Source: an uncultured Actinomycetota bacterium (lineage in GTDB: Bacteria > Actinomycetota > Actinomycetes > Actinomycetales > Cellulomonadaceae). From it: a stretch of 64,000 nt of DNA. The notes beneath the pieces are model-generated. The model was not told the origin of the DNA, made no database searches, and was given only the letters and a program-made list of their open reading frames with translations. The stretch lies in NCBI GenBank assembly GCA_963769855.1, contig CAVYNN010000007.1, forward strand, positions 558 through 64,557. Reading direction: 5' to 3'. Positions 57,159-64,000 of the stretch are shown piece by piece (position 1 is the first letter of the stretch; each line of letters starts with the position of its first letter). Made by a program: the position numbers and the translations under genes.

Positions 57159-58115
57159 GTGACCGATCTGACGTCCGTCGAAATCTGCACCGGAGCGGGC
57201 GGTCAGGCCCTCGGCTTGGAGCGCGCCGGCTTCAGCCACGAGGCGTGTGTCGAGATCGAGAATGCCGCGTGCGAGACGTTGCGACTTAACCGTCCCCACT
57301 GGAACGTCCTCGAGCGAGACCTTCTTGGCTGGTCCGCCTCCGATTACTCGGGTGTCGATCTTCTTGCTGGTGGCGTGCCGTGCCCGCCCTTCTCGCACGC
57401 TGGCAAGCAACTCGGGGAGAAGGACGAGCGGAACCTCTTCCCGAAGGCCATCGAGCTCGTCGACGAGATCCGCCCGAAGGCAGTCATGCTCGAGAACGTC
57501 CGCGGGCTCCTCGACACGGTGTTCGACCTCTACCGCCACGACGTCGAGCAGCAGCTCATCAAGCTCGGCTACAAGCCCGGCTGGCGGCTCTTGAACGCGA
57601 GTGATTTCGGAGTCTCCCAGCTGCGCCCGCGTGTGGTCTTTGTCGCCCTCCGCCACGAGTACGCCGACAACTTCCACTGGCCGACCGCGCACGAGAGCAA
57701 CCCGCCGACGGTTGGAGCTCTCCTCAAGGACCTCATGGCCGCGAACGGCTGGGAGGGTGCCGACGCGTGGGCAAACGAAGCAGACGACATCGCTCCGACC
57801 CTCGTTGGCGGTTCGAAGAAGCACGGCGGCCCTGACCTGGGTCCGACGCGTGCCCGTGCTGCGTGGGCGTCCCTAGGTGTTGACGGACGCACTATCGCTG
57901 AGGAAGCACCGGGGCCAGGCTTCGCCGGGATGCCTCACCTCACGGTCCGGATGGCGGCCCGTGTGCAGGGCTTCCCCGACGAGTGGCGGATCTTCGGCAA
58001 GAAGACGGCGGCGTACCGCCAGGTCGGCAACGCGTTCCCGCCCCCGGTTGCGGAGGCGGTCGGCATGAAGATCAAGGAAGCGATCACCACCCGGCGTCTG
58101 CACGCGACGTCGTGA
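57159..58115 (+). CDS. dcm: DNA (cytosine-5)-methyltransferase
   Basis: GTG 57159. Motif I EICTGAGGQALG, motif IV GGVPCPPFS, motif VI MLENV, motif VIII QLRPRV, motif X QVGNAFPPPV. Confidence 0.9.
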   Translation: MTDLTSVEICTGAGGQALGLERAGFSHEACVEIENAACETLRLNRPHWNVLERDLLGWSASDYSGVDLLAGGVPCPPFSHAGKQLGEKDERNLFPKAIELVDEIRPKAVMLENVRGLLDTVFDLYRHDVEQQLIKLGYKPGWRLLNASDFGVSQLRPRVVFVALRHEYADNFHWPTAHESNPPTVGALLKDLMAANGWEGADAWANEADDIAPTLVGGSKKHGGPDLGPTRARAAWASLGVDGRTIAEEAPGPGFAGMPHLTVRMAARVQGFPDEWRIFGKKTAAYRQVGNAFPPPVAEAVGMKIKEAITTRRLHATS

Positions 58116-58984
58116 GTACCGCCGAGCCGCTGTTCGCTGCTGCGCGCGCTCAGTTCCACGCCGGGCTGCTGAGGGACCACATCCTGACGGTCGACGGTCG
58201 TGGTGTCGCGAGCAACGCGGACAGCGGCAGCCGGGCAAGCTGCGCGTACGCCGCGCACCTCGCTCGCGCGTTGCAGGTCGAGACGGGTCAGTCTCGGCTC
58301 GCAGGGCAAACGTCCGGCGGCGGGTTCGAACAGGCGTGCGCCGACTTCCTCAACGAGACGTTCCCAGCGCTGCACCACCTGCGGCCCGGTGATTGGACCA
58401 TCCAGAAGGTCGGCGGGCGTGGGGAAGCGGCCGGTGTGGCGCGGTTCGAGCAGTACGCGCACCTCGTGGAGCTGACCGAGGCGGTCCGTCACAACCCGGC
58501 GCTGCGTGCGGTGCTCGGTAACGGTTAAGCGATCGCGCCTGATGTCGTGGTGTTCCGTGAGCCCGTTTCTGATGCGGATATCAACGCCTTCGAGTGGCTC
58601 GTTGATGACACTGTCGCGCTCAGCGCATCACTGCGCGCCGTGGTGCAGCCCAGGCCAATCCTTCACGCTGTGGTGTCCTGCAAGTGGACGCTGCGTTCGG
58701 ACCGCGCACAGAACGCCCGCAGCGAGGCCCTGAACCTCGTCCGGAACCGGAAGGGCCGTCTCCCGCACATTGCAGTCGTCACAGGCGAGCCGACTCCAAC
58801 CCGCATCAGTTCGCTCGCGCTCGGCACAGGCGACATCGACTGCGTGTACCACTTCGCGCTTCCCGAGCTTGTCGCGGCAGTCCGCGCAGAAGGCGCCGAC
58901 GACACGATCGAGCTGCTCGACATGATGATTGACGGCAAGCGGCTCAAGGACATCTCAGACCTGCCGCTCGACCTCGCGGTCTAG
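58112..58984 (+). pseudogene. NgoMIV-family (CCGG-family, PD-D/ExK) type II restriction endonuclease interrupted by an in-frame TAA
   Basis: GTGA overlap with dcm. The N-terminal half ends ...AVLGNG, then TAA at 58526-58528. The same frame continues AIAPDVVVFREP...VVSCKWTLRSDRAQNARSEALNLVRNRKGRLPH...GKRLKDISDLPLDLAV. I recognise this as NgoMIV-like along its whole length. Confidence 0.8.
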
Positions 58985-59952
58985 GTGTCCGCTTCGTCGA
59001 GGTCAGTTTCGGCTTCAAGCTCGTCGGCTTCGGGTGGTTCCACTGCGAGGTTGTCCAGCAAGGGAGTTGGCTTGAGCGTCTCGATGTCCGCGAAGAGCTG
59101 CGAAAGGTCGAATACACGCTCGCGCAGGTTCAGCCAGCGGGCGTAGTCCTTGACGTCTTGACTCTCGCCGAGCAACCGATCTTTGGGCACTGCATCGCCA
59201 GCTGCGACCCGCGGGAACGGCTCGTGCACCGCGAGGAGCATCGCCTTCGAGACGTGGTAGACGCGGTCGACGAGAGGGTCATTCGCTAGCCAGAACAGGA
59301 TGTTGGGGTTGAACTCGGAGACGACGAACGCCACCTGAAGGTCCGGGCGCCGACGCTTGTAGAAGTACGCCTCGTGTAGGTAGGTGCCGATGCGCTCTTT
59401 CCGGAGCGCCCACTTGGTGGAGATCAGCAGCCGGAAATCGTCGACTCCGAAGAGGGCCAGATCCGGTCGTGAGTGGTAACCGTCTGGTGCGAGCTCGAAG
59501 CCATTCAGAGTGCTGAGGAGCGGTTCCCGCGCCGGAGCGTGACCGCTGATCCGTCCGATGATGACCTGCAATGCGACCTCAAGGGCTGCACCTGTGATGT
59601 TCGGGTCACGGCCCTTCGGAGGAGCGAAACCCTGCTGCACGCGCTCGAAGGCGTATCGGCGACCGATGAAGTCGACGAATGGGAAGGGGTTGGCGACCCC
59701 GCCGGGCAGGAGATTTGCGCGCAGGTAGTCAGTGCCGCGGTTCGATAGTGCCTTGCCGCCGGCGCTAGACAGGCGGTGGTTCAGGTGCAGGTACGTGACC
59801 CCGGCCGCGTCCTCCGTCCACAGCGCGATGGCGTACACATATCGCCAGGCAGTCGCGGCAGTGAGGGGTCCGAGATACTGCGGGAGGTGTGCGTCGACCA
59901 GTTCCACGATTGTGTCGCGGTACCAACCGTCGGGGAGCTTGAACGTCGGCAT
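58981..59952 (-). CDS. Putative second CCGG-family PD-(D/E)xK restriction endonuclease-like protein
   Basis: 323 aa from ATG 59952, 5 nt after GAGGA. RPDLALFGVDDFRLLISTKWALRKERIGTYLHEAYF has the same S-x-K-W-x-L-R-x-(D/E)-R-x6-E spacing as the adjacent NgoMIV-like gene. Visibly more A/T-rich than the core. Confidence 0.5.
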   Translation of the reverse strand: MPTFKLPDGWYRDTIVELVDAHLPQYLGPLTAATAWRYVYAIALWTEDAAGVTYLHLNHRLSSAGGKALSNRGTDYLRANLLPGGVANPFPFVDFIGRRYAFERVQQGFAPPKGRDPNITGAALEVALQVIIGRISGHAPAREPLLSTLNGFELAPDGYHSRPDLALFGVDDFRLLISTKWALRKERIGTYLHEAYFYKRRRPDLQVAFVVSEFNPNILFWLANDPLVDRVYHVSKAMLLAVHEPFPRVAAGDAVPKDRLLGESQDVKDYARWLNLRERVFDLSQLFADIETLKPTPLLDNLAVEPPEADELEAETDLDEADT

Positions 59953-60373
59953 CGAATCCTCGTCCGCGTGTACCGCACTGTGTAGACGCGAACCTACAGG
60001 ACCCTCACCGCTGCACGGCCTGAGGCAGTCCTTCGCGTCCGGTGTGCGCAAGGCGTTCTAGCGTCCTGACGGCGGCGAGTGCGCGCCGGTCGACCCGGCC
60101 CGTCTCGTTTCGGGCTTCGCACTCGGCCCAGGGTGCACACCAGCGAGCTCGGGCACTGCGTGCCGGAGCGTCGCGATCCCGGCGAGCCCCAGCTCGAGCA
60201 CGGATCGTTCGTCCCAGCCGGGCCACAGCCCCACTGGCGGTGCGAGCAGTGCGAGCCGCGCCCGGAGTTCTACGGCGAGCGCGGCGGCCTCCTCGAGTGC
60301 GTCGTCCCGCTCTGCCGCGCTGCACTCCCCGTGGCTCCCTGTCCGCCCCGTCTCGTCCTGGTCGGCACGTTGC

Positions 60374-60772
60374 TCATCGCGGGCGGGTGACCGTGGCGTC
60401 GGAGAGGTCGCCGGCGAACCGCGTACTGGGGTCCGGGACCAGCACGCGGTGTTCGTCCCGGACGAGCCGCTCGAGATGCACCACGGCGGCACGGGCACGC
60501 GCACGGGTCGGCTCACCGGTTGTCCCGGAGACCGCGAGCACCCACGCCTGGTGTCGGTCGGCGAGCTCGGGTACACGGCCCACCAGCAGCGCGCACGCGT
60601 CGCATGCATCGGCCAGGAGGAGGAGCGCGCTGGCTCCGTCGGCCTCCTCTGCTCCCCGCAATCCACGCAGCCGCTGCCGGAGCACCAGCGCAGCGTCGCC
60701 TGCTGCACGAAACGCAGCGTCACGAAACGAAACGGTGGCGCTCGTGGTGGTGGCGTTCCCGGGGGTGCTCAT
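60374..60772 (-). CDS. Hypothetical protein; may continue by frameshift into 60058-60373
   Basis: 132 aa from ATG 60772. The downstream frame (ORF 60058..60723) turns coding-like (ECSAAERDDALEEAAALAVELRARLALLAPP...) right where this ORF stops. Confidence 0.35.
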   Translation of the reverse strand: MSTPGNATTTSATVSFRDAAFRAAGDAALVLRQRLRGLRGAEEADGASALLLLADACDACALLVGRVPELADRHQAWVLAVSGTTGEPTRARARAAVVHLERLVRDEHRVLVPDPSTRFAGDLSDATVTRPR

Positions 60773-60923
60773 GAAATAGCACAGTACCGGCACCCACCCA
60801 CATTCGCCACAATGCCCACGGTGCACACGCTATGCATCGTGTGTATAGGCGACCAGGTACCGTTTACACACAGCCCGATAAGTGGCGAAACGTAGTACAC
60901 ACACCGTCCCGAAAGGACACATC

Positions 60924-61440
60924 ATGAGCACGACCACCGAAACCGTCCCAGTCCAACCGGCCAAGCCAAAACAGCAGCATCATTACGGCCGGGCCGCACT
61001 CGTCGGCTGCCTCGCCGCAGCCATCGCGGTCGGCGGATACATCGCCAACGACCAACACCAGCGCACCGTCGCCGAAGACGCCGTGGCGCACACCGTCACT
61101 CTCCCCGACAACAGCACCGTGGTCGTTCGTCCGGGTGATCAGCTGCCCGCATCGGTCCGGACCCGCTCGCTGAGAAGTCGAAGGCTTACACATCGCGGTC
61201 CAGCCGCGAGTCACCGGCAGCCACGTCCTGCTCGTCGAAGCCACCGACGGTGCACGGTTCGTCGGCATCGACCCCCTCGCCAGCGGCTCGTCGATCGTCA
61301 GCGCATCGACCCCGGTAGCCGAACTCGCGCTCGCAGGCACGCAGGAATACGCCGCGTCCCACACCGAGAAGGACGGCTACAAGTGGCAGATTGGGACCTA
61401 CGCACTAGGCGCCCCTGTCCAAGCGAAAGCGGCCCGGTGA
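60924..61440 (+). pseudogene. Small membrane-anchored protein; coding signal changes frame at about 61150-61180
   Basis: MSTTTETVPVQ...ALVGCLAAAIAVGGYIA...TLPDNSTVVVRPGD is in one frame. HIAVQPRVTGSHVLLVEATDGARFVGIDPLASG...KDGYKWQIGTYALGAPVQAKAAR is in another and ends at TGA 61438-61440 inside a terminator stem. Confidence 0.35.
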
Positions 61441-61460
61441 GCGATTCACCGGGCCGCTTT
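61426..61460 (+). terminator. 15-bp perfect hairpin ending in TTT
   Basis: AAAGCGGCCCGGTGA-GCGAT-TCACCGGGCCGCTTT. Confidence 0.6.
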
Positions 61461-61564
61461 CTGCATCACACACCACACCACAGGCACGAGCCCGTGACCA
61501 CACCACAAAGACTACCTGCGCGTTCCGACGCCGGCGTCCTCACGGAGCCTTTTCGACGGCGTTC

Positions 61565-62389
61565 CTATGCCGCCGTCTCTGCGGCTTGATTGGCGGCTCG
61601 GATTGCCGCCACCACACGCTGCCGAGAAACGCCCTCACGCTCGGCAATGGTGGCGGGTGTTCGCGGCGAGCATCTGCGCGGCCGAGGACTTGCCCCTCGG
61701 CAAGGGCTGCGGTGCGCTCGGCCTCCCGGCGTGCCTTGGCGGCGGCAGCGCGCTGGGTCTGCTCGGCCCGGACCTGGGCGCGCGCCGTCTGCATTTCGGG
61801 GCTCACGTAGCGCTGGTTGGGCTGCTCGGCGAGGAGCGCGAACATGCGCCGTGTTCCGACGCCGGCTTCGCGAGCGAGCTGCTCTACTGGCACACCGGCG
61901 TCGCGGCGCTCGCGGAGCGTGCTCGAGCGGAGCTGCCTGAGGCGCTTGAGGATCCCGTTTCCCCGGGTCGGCGAGGGCCCGGTCGACCCGCGCGAGCTGG
62001 CGGCTGCGGCGGGCCAAGTCCTTGTGTCGGGCAGCACGGGTCAGCAGTTGGTCGAGTGCGGCGAGCGCCTGGTCGATGGCGGTGTCGTCAGCCGCGAGGA
62101 GCGCGTCGAGCTCGGCTCGTTCCAGCTCGGGGTGCGGCGCCGTCTCGGGGTTGCGCGGCCAGTACCCGCCCGGCCGGTCATCCTGCCGGCGCTGCTCGGC
62201 CACGACGTCACGAGCCGCTGCCAGGTCGTCCTGACGTGCTTCCACGAGCGCGGGGGCCATCCAGCCCATGACCGCTAGCAGGTCGTCACGGTCCGCGCTC
62301 GACATGCAGGCGAACTGTTCCTGCTCCGCGTCCGGGAGCGCGGCGGCGTACTGCGCCTGCGCCGCGGTTAGTGGCTCTGGCGTGTCCAT
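61565..62389 (-). pseudogene. HTH-containing protein of mobile-element flavour, readable only across two frame changes
   Basis: ATG 62389 sits 5 nt after AAGGAG. Frame A reads MDTPEPLTAAQAQ...RVDRALADPG. Frame B reads ILKRLRQLRSSTLRERRDAGVPVEQLAREAGVGTRRMFALLAE...AALAEGQVL. Frame A resumes with ATIAEREGVSRQRVVAAIRAANQAAETAA to the stop. Confidence 0.35.
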
Positions 62390-62557
62390 CGGGGCTCCTT
62401 GCGTAGGTCGATCAACTGAGGACCATCCTACGCGATAGTGCATACGGTATGCAGACAACCGTACACCTGTTCGGCTATACTGGTGTTCGAACAGAAAGCC
62501 CACCAACCAGCACGGCACACCGACCCAGGAGCCGCCCCAGACACGAGGAGTTACGAA

Positions 62558-63174
62558 ATGACCAGCACGAAGCTAGACGCCATCCCAGCCATCGGCCTCG
62601 TCCTCGCGGGCCTGCTCACCGGTTGCGCGAACACATCGCAGCGCACCATGGACACGCCGACCCAGACCGCCACGACCGCGGCGACGCCTACTGCGGTCGC
62701 CACCCCGAGCGCCATGCCGGTCGCCGTGACCACCCCCGGGCCCGTGCCCGTTGGCGGCACCGTTGCCGCTGGGCTCAAGACCGTCAGCCTGTCGGACGGC
62801 ACCAACTGGGCCATTGACCCCGCCCAACCGCTCCCCGAGACGGTCAAGGCCGACCTCGCCAAGCCTCTCGTCGCGCTGCTCGCTGACACGGCAAGCAAGC
62901 ACAACGTTTCGAGCGCCGCAGTCGATGCTCAGGCGGGAGCAATGAAATCCCCCGACGGGTCGCACGACCATCGTGTCTGACCCGCCAGTGGACAAGTCCT
63001 GACGGGACGACGTACTCCTGGCGGTTCTACGGCGACGCCGCGGGCAACCCCGACGGAATCACCAAGGCGACGAAGGCAGGAACCAAGGCGGCCCTGCTGG
63101 CGAACCTCGACAAGTGGTTCGCTAACCACGGCGGCGCGGCCAAGTACGACATCGTGGACGCGACCGGAGCCTGA
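62558..63174 (+). pseudogene. Lipoprotein; the ORF stops at 62980 but coding signal continues in another frame to 63174
   Basis: GAGGAG RBS and lipobox LLTGC. After TGA 62978-62980 the adjacent frame reads TRQWTSPDGTTYSWRFYGDAAGNPDGITKATKAGTKAALLANLDKWFANHGGAAKYDIVDATGA to its stop. Confidence 0.45.
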
Positions 63175-63184
63175 ACCTGCTGCC

Positions 63185-63227
63185 AACAAGTAAGGGGCAC
63201 CCATAGCCAGGGTGCCCCTTACTTGTT
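63185..63227. terminator. 18-bp perfect hairpin between convergent genes
   Basis: AACAAGTAAGGGGCACCC-ATAGCCA-GGGTGCCCCTTACTTGTT. Confidence 0.55.
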
Positions 63228-64000
63228 GTGCGCTCCAGTGAGCCGATCGGCAGACTGGCCGTTGTCCATGCCGAGGCACCAGTTGCGTTGACCGCTCGGA
63301 CTTGGATCTTGATGGCGGACATACCCGTTGAATCGTGACGGTGGCATTCAGTTGCCGCATGATGCCCGAGGACGCGTCACCGCCAGGCGGCGGCTGCGGG
63401 ATCTGACCGGCCGAGACCGGCGACGGCTGAGTCCACTCTCCCTTCTCAGTGTCGAGTTCCGATACCTGCGCTTCGTAACTCGTCGCGTAGCGCGAGGAGC
63501 AGAAGTTCAGGTACGCAGTCCCCACCCGCACCGAAGACGGTGTAGGAGAGGTTTTGCGCGCACGACGGTGCGGCTGGTGCTGGCGTTGCGACGTTGACGC
63601 TTCCGCAGCCGACGGACCCGCTGCGGTTGACCCCGTCGGTTGCAGAAGCGGTCCCAACCCACGTGCCCGGCTGGGTGAGCGTGAACGTGGTCCCGGAGGC
63701 GTACCAGCCGGACCCGGCGGCGGCGACTTGTGCCGTGCCGTTCGACCCGGACGCCGTGACCCTGATCGTGCCGGACGGTGCCGTACCACCGCCGCTCACG
63801 GAGCACACCGGCTGAGTGAGCAGCGCTGTCGATGCGGTGACGCTCGAGGACACCGAGTTGTCTCCGTCGCTGTTGGTGGCGACGACCGTGTACCCGGTTG
63901 CGTCGGCGAGGCCATCCCACGCACCGCTCGTCCCGCCCTGAGCGTTGCCGTTCAGGGCGAGCGTCTGGCTGGTCCCGAACCCTGGCGTGAAGCTCGCCGT
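63219..64000 (-). pseudogene. Secreted Ig/Fn3-like repeat protein; 5' end lies outside the window and the 3' part reads across several frames
   Basis: The frame is open from 64000 down to 63446 (GYTVVATNSDGDNSV...TIRVTASGSNGTAQV...). It then continues in other frames (YATSYEAQVSELDTEKGEWTQPSPVS; IKIQVRAVNATGASAWTT, an Fn3-type ending). The 3' end is uncertain. Confidence 0.35.

Noticed and set aside
58547-58984. The C-terminal restriction-enzyme fragment as an independently functional ORF starting at GTG 58547.
   Set aside because: It would start after the PD catalytic Asp (58538-58543) and has no RBS. Both fragments are in the same frame and are separated only by TAA, so a nonsense-disrupted single gene is the simpler reading.
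56396-64000. att-type direct repeat of the tRNA-Thr 3' end and an integrase that would define the island.
   Set aside because: I could not find a second copy of GTTCGATTCTCGGAGGCGGCT or any recombinase-like ORF in the remaining 7.6 kb. The island is therefore proposed from gene content and composition only.

Overview
High-GC actinobacterial chromosome segment with Micrococcales-like gene content. All calls come from reading the sequence and ORF track by eye; no searches were run. About 50 kb is ordinary core. It holds glgP (5' partial), clpB with an HspR/HAIR-type operator, an ABC-2 exporter and two GH3 beta-glucosidases. It also holds xthA, the glpD / glpF-glpK glycerol cluster with a SorC regulator, mutY, disA-radA, a two-component system, topA-tmk-holB, an MFS/TetR pair and tRNA-Thr(CGU). 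Two accessory blocks stand out. (1) 40.1-52.4 kb is a type I R-M system whose hsdM-hsdS (40127-43137) and hsdR (49366-52356) are separated by 6.2 kb of cargo. The cargo is a DUF2188 gene, an unrecognisable 206-aa protein translationally coupled to an XRE-HTH/M78 (ImmA/IrrE) fusion, a bacterial PH-domain protein, a DUF222/HNH endonuclease behind a perfect LexA box, and a second ImmA-like peptidase plus DUF4411 (PIN-like) pair. The unknown protein plus peptidase pair is my best candidate for an undescribed system. (2) 56.4-64 kb lies directly downstream of tRNA-Thr. It carries vsr, dcm and an NgoMIV-family restriction gene killed by a single in-frame TAA. A convergent second gene carries the same S-x-K-W-x-L-R-x-(D/E)-R-x6-E motif, and several further genes have coding signal that hops between frames. 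Other observations are apparent frameshifts in glgP and glpF, and C-rich/G-rich armed intergenic repeats around clpB. No CRISPR array, rRNA, integrase or transposase was seen.
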